Source: a bacterium (GTDB lineage Bacteria > Patescibacteriota > Patescibacteriia > SG8-24). Taken from it: a stretch of DNA of 64,000 nt. Location: assembly GCA_023246195.1 (NCBI GenBank), contig JAHFIW010000002.1:4259-68258 (forward strand), written 5' to 3'. The translations under genes were made by a program, and so were the position numbers. Positions 37,840 to 46,769 of this stretch are shown in pieces. The notes below the pieces were generated by a model. The model was given only the letters and a program-made list of their open reading frames with translations, was not told the origin of the DNA and ran no database searches. Position 1 is the first letter of the stretch. Every line of letters begins with the position of its first letter.

Positions 37840-39828
37840 TTATTTTTGCTGATCCACCGTCGGGAAGTCGAATGTCCTTACGGACTTCGCGGGTTGTCCG
37901 TTCCGTACGGCTGTCCGTACGCCGTTGAGCATTAGGGTGGAGTCGGACGTTGTTATCGTCGCTTCCGGCCGTAGCGGCCATATGGCCCATGCGGGAATAG
38001 TGGCAGAAAATTGCAGTGCCGTGCCGCCGTTGCGCGAAGTCCAGGGCATCGGCGAATCCACGGGCAGCGCATCGTCGATGACTTCTCGTCCGCGTGCGTC
38101 CAGTGCGCGGTAGCGTATTGCGCTGCCGTCGGGTAAGGCGTCCGTGCCGAGGTCGATGGAGAATCTGACTTTGGTGCCGTGCGCATCCGTTACGGCATCA
38201 GCGAACGGAGAAGCCTTCTTTCCCGCAATGCGAATCAGGGCCGGTGCCAACATGACGGGCGGAGCTGCCGAAGACCGGTCGTAAAGCATCACCGTACCGT
38301 CGGAAAAAATCGGCGTGCCCATGACGGACTCAAGACGTCGCCGCCATCCGGCGTAGTGCGGTGCGGCCCATGCGGTCTTCAGGAACTGCGTGCGGTAGGT
38401 GAGCAGGTCGTCGGCATCGAGCGCGACCATTCGCAGGTCCTCTGGCGGCACGTAGGGCTTTTCGGCGAACTGCGTCACTCCCAAGGCCACATAATGCAGC
38501 GACGTGAGGTGCTGCCGAGATGAAAGCGCGGGGAGGAGCGCGTAGCTTGCGGCGATGCTTGCGTCGGCGGGCACTCGGCTAAGCAACGACCAGTCGCGCT
38601 GCGCTCGTACGTAGGCAAGACGGTCGGTCAGCGCCTGGTGGACGGCTGCGGGGAGCGGCCCCAGCGTCGCTGCGCCATAAGCAGCGCACAAGAGCAGCAA
38701 TCCGAACGACGCTTTTTCCGCACTAATCTGCGACAGCAGACGGACCCGTTTTCGGAAGACATCGGGAGCGACAGCGGCTCCGTCAATTGCCGTAAGCGCC
38801 AAAGCCGGAATGAAAAGCGTGGCGTAGTGCGTCTCGAGTATGAGCTCTCCGCCGCCAGGCGCGCCAAGGATGATCTGCAGCAACGGACCGACGGCCAGTA
38901 GTAACCGGCGCGGCTTGAAGATCGGAAACAGGGCGAACGGGAACAAGAATCCGAGCAGCATCTCAAAGTTCGCAAAGCTCACGATGTGCCCGATGACAAG
39001 CAGGGGATGCAGGAAAAGAGTTTTTAGCATCTCCGTCGGATTGGAACCGAGCCATTCGTAATAGATACGATACTTGTATGCGCCATCTGGAGAAAAAAAA
39101 GCAATCAAGCGCATGGCGGCAAGAAACCACGCCGTGCCGAGCAAGAACGGAGTGAGCCGCCACCATTTTGATTTTCCCTCCAGCCATGCCAGCAATCCCA
39201 TCATAACCACTACCAAGGCAACGTCCTCGCGCACCAGTAACGCCATCACGCACCAGGCCACGAACCATTTTTTATCACCCGTCTCATATGCCAACATTGC
39301 CATCAGCAGCGGGAAGATCGCGAAGGCCAAGACGTGAAACTCGAACAGGCCGATGTTTTGCAGTGACGGGTTCAGCAAAAATGCGGCGGCCATCATCAGG
39401 CCCGCAAGGGGAATGGTCGCCGCAATGCGTTCGGAGAAGCGGAATCTGGCGATGCGCCACACCGGCCAGGCGCATGCGGCAAGCGCGAATGCCTGCATTA
39501 CCAACAGGGTACGCGGGCCGGGTACGAACGCATAAAGCAACGACAACGGCAGGATGGCGAACTCGGCATGATCGCCCAAAGACAGATGCGGATGGATGCT
39601 CTGTACAAAGAAGCGGCCATGAACCGTATTCCAAAAAACCTGGCTAAAATAAGCCAAATCGATGCCGTTATAGCCGAAAATGGCGTATTTCCAAAGGCAG
39701 GCTGCAGAAAGTGTAATAAAAAGAAGAAAAATCGCGCTCAACAGAGCCGTTTTTTCATTTTTTTTGAGCCAGGTTGAGAGAGATTTGAACCAAATATCCA
39801 TAGGCTCAATATAGCGATTTTTTAGCAT
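37840..39828 (-). CDS. DUF2079-like large polytopic membrane protein (putative glycosyltransferase)
   Basis: 662 aa. N-terminal region matches DUF2079-type architecture (multi-TM + periplasmic C-terminal domain). Confidence 0.5.
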   Translation of the reverse strand: MLKNRYIEPMDIWFKSLSTWLKKNEKTALLSAIFLLFITLSAACLWKYAIFGYNGIDLAYFSQVFWNTVHGRFFVQSIHPHLSLGDHAEFAILPLSLLYAFVPGPRTLLVMQAFALAACAWPVWRIARFRFSERIAATIPLAGLMMAAAFLLNPSLQNIGLFEFHVLAFAIFPLLMAMLAYETGDKKWFVAWCVMALLVREDVALVVVMMGLLAWLEGKSKWWRLTPFLLGTAWFLAAMRLIAFFSPDGAYKYRIYYEWLGSNPTEMLKTLFLHPLLVIGHIVSFANFEMLLGFLFPFALFPIFKPRRLLLAVGPLLQIILGAPGGGELILETHYATLFIPALALTAIDGAAVAPDVFRKRVRLLSQISAEKASFGLLLLCAAYGAATLGPLPAAVHQALTDRLAYVRAQRDWSLLSRVPADASIAASYALLPALSSRQHLTSLHYVALGVTQFAEKPYVPPEDLRMVALDADDLLTYRTQFLKTAWAAPHYAGWRRRLESVMGTPIFSDGTVMLYDRSSAAPPVMLAPALIRIAGKKASPFADAVTDAHGTKVRFSIDLGTDALPDGSAIRYRALDARGREVIDDALPVDSPMPWTSRNGGTALQFSATIPAWAIWPLRPEATITTSDSTLMLNGVRTAVRNGQPAKSVRTFDFPTVDQQK

Positions 39829-40043
39829 ATTGGCGAGGCATTTTTACGGCTTTGTTAAGCATAAAAAATCATCGCCAAATATGGCTGACCTTAGCCAAGA
39901 ATGACCTCCAAACATCCTTGACAAAATCGTCATTTTCTGCTAGGGTGATTCGTTACGATGTCATGGTGACAATCGTGGCAACGTAACCGGTAATCCAATG
40001 CCGAGCGTTCCCTGACAATTTCAACGAATACAGGAGACTCAAA

Positions 40044-41147
40044 ATGAGTGAAGAAGAGAAGGATACTGACAGCAAGATGGCTGACGCCGAGGAAGATTTG
40101 GCTGCGGCCGTTCTGCCGATACTGCAGAGTATCGTGGGATGGTCCGTAGACAAGTTTGCGGACATCAGGGCTGTCGACATCGCCCTCAGGGCGCTCTCGC
40201 CTGGCGTCATCCTGGCAAGCAACGGCCTGCCCAACTTCGTCGGCCTCATATCCTCGAAGCTTGGGCGCAAGCTGTTCACGTCGGACGTCGCGCGAGACCT
40301 GTTCAAGGACTCGCTTCTCGAGGCGGCACGCCACGTGACCGCCAAGGTGCAGGAGAAGGGCGGGATGAAGAACATCACCCCGCAGGAGTACGGCGACGCC
40401 GTCAAGGACGGCTTCAGGGCGGCGATGGAGAAGAAGTACGTCATCATCGACAGGCTTCTCCACTCTCCGAGCTGCGCGGGAATTCAGAGCCGACTCGCGA
40501 AGCCTCCGGCCGTCAACGTGGAGATCACTCTCCTCGAGGCCGAACAGCAGCACTTCATGCGCGCACCCTGCTGCTTCGACGGCGTGCAGGCGGACATCAA
40601 AGCTCAGGCCGCGGCACCCGCCAAGGCCGAAGCCTCGAGACTCCCGCCGCGCTCGCCGATGGAAGTCATCAACCGGGCAAAGCCCAAGGATCGCGTCGTG
40701 TTCTTCACGTGGCTCAAAGGCCTTCCGGCCGACGAACGCGTGAGGGTCGATGCATTTCTCAAACATCTTGATTCGGAGGAGGAGCTTCACGCGCTGCTCC
40801 ACGTGATCAAGGATGCGCCGGATCTCGTCTACGAGCTGCTGACGCTGCTCGAAAACAGCAACGGCTCGCATCGGACGGCACAGTATCTTCTGCTCTTCGG
40901 TCAGGCGATCGAGCGGCATTCGATGCAGGCACTCACGGTCTTGAAGGTCGGTCTCAAGGAGGCCGTCAACACGGGTCGTGCCTTCGACGCGAGCTTCGCT
41001 CCCGTCGCCAAGCGGCTTCGGGACAACGACGCCGGTGAAAATCCGCGCATCACCGTCGCGGTGCTGTGTAGCAGCAGAGCGCCGGAAAAAGAGGGCGTTC
41101 TCAAGGCGACTGCCCGCTTCGTGAAGTCCCTTTTCCTCATCTTCTAG
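40044..41147 (+). CDS. Hypothetical protein (ORFan, GC-rich block)
   Basis: 367 aa, ATG preceded by AGGAG. GC-rich third positions. The antisense 434-aa ORF (39930..41234) is judged spurious. Confidence 0.5.
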   Translation: MSEEEKDTDSKMADAEEDLAAAVLPILQSIVGWSVDKFADIRAVDIALRALSPGVILASNGLPNFVGLISSKLGRKLFTSDVARDLFKDSLLEAARHVTAKVQEKGGMKNITPQEYGDAVKDGFRAAMEKKYVIIDRLLHSPSCAGIQSRLAKPPAVNVEITLLEAEQQHFMRAPCCFDGVQADIKAQAAAPAKAEASRLPPRSPMEVINRAKPKDRVVFFTWLKGLPADERVRVDAFLKHLDSEEELHALLHVIKDAPDLVYELLTLLENSNGSHRTAQYLLLFGQAIERHSMQALTVLKVGLKEAVNTGRAFDASFAPVAKRLRDNDAGENPRITVAVLCSSRAPEKEGVLKATARFVKSLFLIF

Positions 41148-41234
41148 GTGGGGAATGGGCAGGAGACGGAGAGAATACGCTCTCCGTCTCCGAATGGATT
41201 TGCCAACGCTTACGACGAATACGGAGATTGACAA

Positions 41235-42326
41235 ATGGAAAATACGGAAGACAAGAAGACTGAAATCAAGTCTGAGACTCAGGCAGAGCCGGAGTCCGGC
41301 TCACACATCCTCAGCGTCATCGGTCTGCTCATCAAGGGTACGACTCGTGACATCGTCAACGCGTCCGAGAAGCGCCTCGAGTCCATGAAGAACCTCATCA
41401 TCGTCACCTTCGTCGCGCCCGTCGCGGCGTTGGTGACCGGCGTCATCATCGCCGCGAACTCCGACACCGTCGCCGGGGTCAACGCGGGCCGGTGGTTCAT
41501 CATGGTGGCGGGATTCCTCGCAACGCTGTTGTGCGGAGTCGTCCTCGTCCGTGCAAAGGCGTATGCCTACGTCGTCATCGGGTGCAGCAAGGCCGCCAAG
41601 GTCGCCCTGAACTTCATGCCGACGCTCGAGACCGAAGAAGTGAACAAGTACATGGTGTACTTCTACGGTATCATGGCGTGGATTGCGGGCGTCTGCATCT
41701 ACGCGCAGATCATTCCGGTCTGGCGTTCGGTCGGCACGGCGCTTGTCGTCGCTACGGCGCTGCTCGGTCTCGCCGCCGTCATGGCCGCACGTTGGTACGG
41801 CGGCAAATTCGCGAAGGGGACGCTACTCGTGCTCATGGTGGGCACGCTCGCCGTCTCGACGGTTCGTCTGGTGAGTCCGCGCCTTCTCAGCGCAATGGAC
41901 AACGCGAGCGATTACGCTTTGGGTACCGACGGCCGTACCGATGCCGAGAAGACGCTGCTCAAGAAGTACAACGAGGAGCTCGTCGGCATTCGCGCCCGCG
42001 CCGCCAATGAGTGCAACGGCAAGTACTGCAATGAAGGCGATGTCTCGCGGGTGAAGGAGTTGGAGAAGAACATCCATCTTCTCGAGACCGGTCAATACTG
42101 GAGCACGGAGGCGACTGTCGCCCCCGCACCCGCTGCGGTCAAAAACGGAGCCTCGACCGTGAAAACGGAAGCGGCGCCGGCCAAGGCCGAAACGACCTCG
42201 TCATCTCAGGCAGAAAAGAAGCCCCCGACGCGTTCGGTGTCGAAGGGCGCAGGAACCAACTTGTCCAAGGCCGGCGATCCGTTCGTCGCTTTGGACCAGT
42301 TCCCGGACATCAAGCCGGCCAAGTAA
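41235..42326 (+). CDS. Hypothetical polytopic membrane protein with Ala/Thr/Lys-rich C-terminal tail
   Basis: ~6 TM segments then a coiled/low-complexity tail. Co-directional with, and immediately after, 40044..41147. Confidence 0.5.
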   Translation: MENTEDKKTEIKSETQAEPESGSHILSVIGLLIKGTTRDIVNASEKRLESMKNLIIVTFVAPVAALVTGVIIAANSDTVAGVNAGRWFIMVAGFLATLLCGVVLVRAKAYAYVVIGCSKAAKVALNFMPTLETEEVNKYMVYFYGIMAWIAGVCIYAQIIPVWRSVGTALVVATALLGLAAVMAARWYGGKFAKGTLLVLMVGTLAVSTVRLVSPRLLSAMDNASDYALGTDGRTDAEKTLLKKYNEELVGIRARAANECNGKYCNEGDVSRVKELEKNIHLLETGQYWSTEATVAPAPAAVKNGASTVKTEAAPAKAETTSSSQAEKKPPTRSVSKGAGTNLSKAGDPFVALDQFPDIKPAK

Positions 42327-42558
42327 CGGCCGGTCACGCCACAACGAGGCTTCTCGTGTGTGGAACCCCGGTAGCATCTGCTATCGGGGTTTTTTTTGGC
42401 TTATTTTAGCTTAATTATATTGGCTTATTACAGCAAAAATATCGACCTGCCAGTCTTGACAAAATGGTCAAAAAATGCTAGAGTACTATGTTCAGCAAAA
42501 TAGTCATGCGGGATCAAACGCTGAACACTGGTTCCCTGACAACCCGAAGGAGTTCTCA

Positions 42559-43068
42559 ATGAAAATGTCATTCTCGATTGCGGCGCTCATCCTCGGCGGC
42601 CTTCTCAGTATGGGCTGCATGAATACGGCGTCCTTCAGCGCGAAGGATGGCGGCTACCAGGTCGCCGGGCGCTCAACCACCCCGGAGTACATGGCAGCCA
42701 CGCTCTCGATGAACCGAGCGCGTGAGATCAACGCCGAGACCTACCGCTCGGCGGTCGGCAGCGGCATGATGTACCCGTACGGCATGGTCGGACCGGTGGG
42801 CGACTACCGCTTCAACTACTGCCCGAACGGCATCTGCATGGCCCCGATCGCGCTCCCCGTCACGCCGGTGCCGACCATGTCCGCACCGTCGACCGTCCCG
42901 CCTCCCGACGCGACCCCGGCCCAAAAGCCGGTCTCGCGACAGGAGCTCGACGAAACCCAGAAGCGAGCAGACGAAGCTCGCGTTCGCGCCGACGCGGCGC
43001 TCAGCGTTCTGGCGGCGCTTCGTGCCAACAAGGGCGAAGCTGCCGATCCGAGCGCCAAGCAGCCCTAA
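42559..43068 (+). CDS. Hypothetical lipoprotein
   Basis: MKMSFSIAALILGGLLSMGC lipobox. RBS AAGGAG upstream. Confidence 0.5.
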   Translation: MKMSFSIAALILGGLLSMGCMNTASFSAKDGGYQVAGRSTTPEYMAATLSMNRAREINAETYRSAVGSGMMYPYGMVGPVGDYRFNYCPNGICMAPIALPVTPVPTMSAPSTVPPPDATPAQKPVSRQELDETQKRADEARVRADAALSVLAALRANKGEAADPSAKQP

Positions 43069-43128
43069 AAAGCTGCGACGTCACGTCAGACACGAAACCA
43101 TCCAACGAATAGAAGAAGAGGTCACTCA

Positions 43129-43644
43129 ATGAATAGCAAGCTCATTACGCTCGTCGCGATCCTCGTCACGTTCATCGTCACTGGCTGCGGCTCGTCGTTC
43201 CAGCAGATGCCGATGCAGGCAGCTGGCGACTACCAGATGGGCGCCTACGGCGTCGGCCCTCAGCAGATGATGGTCGGTCCGGTGGCCGTTCCTCCGAAGA
43301 ACGTCGGCTTTCTGAACGTCCCCGCACGGACCTGCCGCAGCGGACCGCTCGCGATCGAGTTCGTCAACGAAAGCGACAACTTCGTCGCCCTTCAGTTCGA
43401 CGGGCTCGACGTCGCGGTCGTCGGCGCACAAGGCCAACTGCCTTCGTTCGTCCCGCCGCACGCGTCGGTCTACACCTGCATGGACGAGCCTGGCCCGCAC
43501 TCCATCACCGGTGCCGAGTACACTCTCAGCGGAAGCCGAATGGTCCGACTGTTCGATCTTCGCTGGAACGGCATGATCGGCGCGCACGTCAACGGCTACG
43601 GGCATCACCTGGTGCGGCTCACCGGTTCCGGCGTCGAGATCTGA
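43129..43644 (+). CDS. Hypothetical lipoprotein
   Basis: MNSKLITLVAILVTFIVTGC lipobox. RBS GAAGAAGAGG. Confidence 0.55.
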   Translation: MNSKLITLVAILVTFIVTGCGSSFQQMPMQAAGDYQMGAYGVGPQQMMVGPVAVPPKNVGFLNVPARTCRSGPLAIEFVNESDNFVALQFDGLDVAVVGAQGQLPSFVPPHASVYTCMDEPGPHSITGAEYTLSGSRMVRLFDLRWNGMIGAHVNGYGHHLVRLTGSGVEI

Positions 43645-43654
43645 AGTACGGCAC

Positions 43655-43700
43655 GCGCATCCGGTTCTCGGATGCAAAAAGGGGTCCAGCGCTTGCTGAG
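43655..43700. terminator. Bidirectional intrinsic terminator between convergent lipoprotein and pilin genes
   Basis: AAAAAGGGGTC...GACCCCTTTTCTTTTTTCTC palindrome with T-runs on both strands. Confidence 0.5.
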
Positions 43701-43727
43701 ACCCCTTTTCTTTTTTCTCGGACTTTA

Positions 43728-44132
43728 TTATGTCGTCGTGAGAGAGTTGGAGAGCGCGGTGATGACGAAGTTGGTGATGGCGTAAGCGGCAAAGATGAGG
43801 ACCATGCCGATGACCGCATTGGAAATCATCTTCTTGGCCTGCTTCACCTTCTCGTCGTTGCCTTGGGCGGTCATCCAGAGGAATCCGGCATAGATGATGA
43901 TGCAAACGAGGATAACACCGAGCAGTCCGAGAGCGGCACCGATGAGGTTGCCGATGAGCTTAGAGATATCATTCGTGCCGCCTGCATTGACGCCCGCCGA
44001 TGTGGCAGTAATGCCCGCGCTGGCCTTCATGTTATCAAGGCTGGTGGTCGCAAGGACGGCGAGAGGGGCGGAGATGCTGCCGATTGCGGCGAGCGATCCG
44101 GCGACGATGCTCTTTAAGGAAATCTTCTTCAT
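43728..44132 (-). CDS. TrbC/VirB2-like type IV secretion pilin family protein (CPR 'T4SS_pilin' type), paralog 1
   Basis: Signal peptide, then two TM helices flanking the conserved loop IYAGFLWMTAQGNDEKVKQAKK. Confidence 0.6.
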   Translation of the reverse strand: MKKISLKSIVAGSLAAIGSISAPLAVLATTSLDNMKASAGITATSAGVNAGGTNDISKLIGNLIGAALGLLGVILVCIIIYAGFLWMTAQGNDEKVKQAKKMISNAVIGMVLIFAAYAITNFVITALSNSLTTT

Positions 44133-44213
44133 AGATGAACTGGCTTAGTGACCAGATTGTGATTAATTAACGATTGATTCTCAGCAGTCCAGGTCATTGT
44201 GGTCGACCAGGTC

Positions 44214-44618
44214 TTACTTCGAAAGCGCTGTGCTTAGGGAACTAATAACGACATTCGTGATAGCGTATGAAGCAAATATTAGCACAAGTCCAACAACTGC
44301 GCCAGAGAGGAGCTTCTTGGCCTGCTTCACCTTCTCGTCGTTGCCTTGGGCGGTCATCCAGAGGAATCCGGCATAGATGACGAGGGCCACGAAGACCACG
44401 CCGAGCAGGCTGAGTGCGGCACCGATGAGGCTGCCGACAATCGTGGGGAGATCGGTTGCCGTTCCCCCGACGCCCGCGGCTCCCGCCGTCGCAGAGAGTC
44501 CGGAAATATCGCTTAAATTGGCTGATGGCGCGGCTAAAGCTTTGGCCGCAAAGAGCATTGAGGCGACGATTGTCCCAGATGTCGCGGCACCTTTAGTTGT
44601 CGTGCTTGAGATGCGCAT
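44214..44618 (-). CDS. TrbC/VirB2-like pilin family protein, paralog 2
   Basis: Same architecture. Shares a 68-bp perfectly identical stretch with paralog 1. Confidence 0.6.
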   Translation of the reverse strand: MRISSTTTKGAATSGTIVASMLFAAKALAAPSANLSDISGLSATAGAAGVGGTATDLPTIVGSLIGAALSLLGVVFVALVIYAGFLWMTAQGNDEKVKQAKKLLSGAVVGLVLIFASYAITNVVISSLSTALSK

Positions 44619-44730
44619 AGAATCTGCAGATATCCACACAGGTTACTTCAGACTTAATCCTACCTTTTTTTAGGGATTTTTACGACAAAAAATCCCCGCC
44701 CTCGGTTGAGGGCGGGGATCGTTTTTGGAA

Positions 44731-45102
44731 CTAGCTTGTTCCGTTGATGACGGAGCCAACCACGAACTGCGCGATGGCATAAGCCGACATGATGATGACG
44801 AGACCGATGATACCCGAAATGATGAGTTTCTTGGCCTCTCCGACCTTCTCTTCTGATCCACCGGCAGTCATCCACTTGAAGCCTCCGAGGAGGATGATGA
44901 CGACGGCGACGATGCCGAGCAAGCCCATAAACGCCTTGATGACGCTCGAGACCGTGCTGCGGACGTCTTGCGTGCCGAGACCGATGGCCGTGGCGTAGTT
45001 GAGGCCGAGGTCAACGCCCGCTGCGGAGGCGATGGCCGGGGCTGCAAATGCAGCGACGGTCAGTGCACCGGCTGCGATTTTCGTAATGGTTGCTTTGCGC
45101 AT
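44731..45102 (-). CDS. TrbC/VirB2-like pilin family protein, paralog 3
   Basis: LLGGFKWMTAGGSEEKVGEAKK variant of the loop motif. Signal peptide. Confidence 0.55.
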   Translation of the reverse strand: MRKATITKIAAGALTVAAFAAPAIASAAGVDLGLNYATAIGLGTQDVRSTVSSVIKAFMGLLGIVAVVIILLGGFKWMTAGGSEEKVGEAKKLIISGIIGLVIIMSAYAIAQFVVGSVINGTS

Positions 45103-45250
45103 AGCGCTAGTACTGGGTTTAAGCCACGTTTCGCGCCAGATTGGCGGCGTAGCAGGCCATGGGCGAAGGTTATCCCCATGTCCAATAAAAGACATCCATG
45201 TGGATGGATGTCTTTAGTATATCAGAGTTTTGCCTTATTGAGAACAGGCC

Positions 45251-45610
45251 TTATTTGCTTGCGGCGCCGAAGATGGCCACGTTGAGGACGAACTTCAGGA
45301 TCGCATACGAGCTGAAGCAGACGATGAGTCCGGTGACCGCATAGACCATGTTTTTCTTTGCGACCTTGATCTTATCTGCACTGCCGGCGGAAATCATCCA
45401 GGAGAATCCGCTCCAGATGAAGACCACTAATGCCAAGACGCCGAGAAGAGAAATGACGGCCCCGATGAGCCTGCCGATGACGGTCTCGATGGTCGTTGAG
45501 CCGAGCGGGTGAAGCGGGTCGACGGCAAGTGCCACGAACGGAACGGCGAGGATCGCGGTCGAGGAGATGACGGTATAAAGCGATGATCGGCGAATCGTGC
45601 TGTTTCGCAT
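45251..45610 (-). CDS. TrbC/VirB2-like pilin family protein, paralog 4
   Basis: VFIWSGFSWMISAGSADKIKVAKK variant motif. Signal peptide. Confidence 0.55.
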   Translation of the reverse strand: MRNSTIRRSSLYTVISSTAILAVPFVALAVDPLHPLGSTTIETVIGRLIGAVISLLGVLALVVFIWSGFSWMISAGSADKIKVAKKNMVYAVTGLIVCFSSYAILKFVLNVAIFGAASK

Positions 45611-45620
45611 AAGTGCTTGG

Positions 45621-46169
45621 TTAAGAAGATGCGGTTCCGAGAGCGGCGAACAGCGCGTTCAGGAGAATGAAGGAGCCGAAGATGACAAGGAGGCCGATGA
45701 CCGCCCACTTGAGGCTGTTGAGTCCCTCGGCGTACTTTTTTTCGTTGCCGCCTGCGGTGATCATCTTGAATCCGCCATAGACGAAGGCAAGGAGGGCGAA
45801 GCTGCCGGAGAGTCCCATCAAGAGATTGGTGGCGCGACCGACAAGTTGGCGGATGGTGATGTTGCCGAGCGGGTCAACGAGCATGGTCTTTGCGGGAGGC
45901 TTGGTTGCCGCCGCGGCGGCAGCGGCGGCGCTTGTGCACGATGCGTCTGGTTGGCAGAAGCATTGCTTGCCGCCGCAGGCGGAAGAGGTACAGTTCAATT
46001 TTGCCTCGCAATCAGCCTGGTCAGCGAAGCAGCCAGTGGCCGGCGCTTTCGGGTCACCAAAGTTGCATTTTACGGCAGCTAGGACAACCGCCGGCGCGAG
46101 GAACCAAACAATCGCGGTAATCGCGGCAACTTTACGGACGGTCACGGAAAACGGGCGGTTCGACGTCAT
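45621..46169 (-). CDS. TrbC/VirB2-like pilin family protein with N-terminal Cys-rich extracellular extension, paralog 5
   Basis: Cys-rich segment (CNFGDP..CFADQADCEAKLNCTSSACGGKQCFC) then FVYGGFKMITAGGNEKKYAEG pilin core. Confidence 0.5.
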   Translation of the reverse strand: MTSNRPFSVTVRKVAAITAIVWFLAPAVVLAAVKCNFGDPKAPATGCFADQADCEAKLNCTSSACGGKQCFCQPDASCTSAAAAAAAATKPPAKTMLVDPLGNITIRQLVGRATNLLMGLSGSFALLAFVYGGFKMITAGGNEKKYAEGLNSLKWAVIGLLVIFGSFILLNALFAALGTASS

Positions 46170-46180
46170 AGTGTTCGCGA

Positions 46181-46744
46181 TTATGGGGTGGGAGCAACGG
46201 GAACGGCTTCCTGTGCGGCGGCCTTGAGCTCGTCCGGCGTCAGCGGGATGCAGCATTGGCCGGCAGATCCACAGCCGCTGTAGACCGTGCTGCAGTCGCG
46301 CCCTTGAGTGGGGTCACTCATGCACTGATATCCAGACGGCGCCATATCGGTACAGGAAGTCGCTTTCACCTGCCCCTTGGTGAGCCGCAACTTGATGTAA
46401 TCGATGATGTATCCCGCGAGGAAGATGAGGATGATGCCGATGACCGCGTTAGTGAGAATGGTCTTGCCCTCCGAGACCTTTTTTTCTGCGCCGTTCGAGG
46501 TGATCATGGTGAAGCCTCCATAGACGAACATCAGCAGGGCGAAGCTACCAGTGACCGCGATGATGAGCGAGGCGACGTTGAGAAAGGTCTCTTCGATGCA
46601 GCCGAGACCCGGCGCGTTAACGCCCTGATTGGTGGCGCAGGGCGGGACGATGGTCGTGGCCAGTGCCGGCATGGCGGCGAAGGCGAAACTCGCGATCATC
46701 GCAACAGTGGCAATTATGGCGTAGGGTCGGTGGCTGTTGCGCAT
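46181..46744 (-). CDS. TrbC/VirB2-like pilin family protein with C-terminal Cys-rich extension, paralog 6
   Basis: MFVYGGFTMITSNGAEKKVSEGK pilin core, followed by a Cys-rich tail (CTDMAPSGYQCMSD..CSTVYSGCGSAGQCC). Confidence 0.5.
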   Translation of the reverse strand: MRNSHRPYAIIATVAMIASFAFAAMPALATTIVPPCATNQGVNAPGLGCIEETFLNVASLIIAVTGSFALLMFVYGGFTMITSNGAEKKVSEGKTILTNAVIGIILIFLAGYIIDYIKLRLTKGQVKATSCTDMAPSGYQCMSDPTQGRDCSTVYSGCGSAGQCCIPLTPDELKAAAQEAVPVAPTP

Positions 46745-46769
46745 ATCAGTATGGTCACGAATCTTGTTT

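Noticed and set aside
39930-41234. 434-aa minus-strand ORF
   Set aside because: It is entirely antisense to two plus-strand ORFs that have RBSs and GC3-biased codon usage. It is typical of spurious long ORFs in GC-rich DNA.
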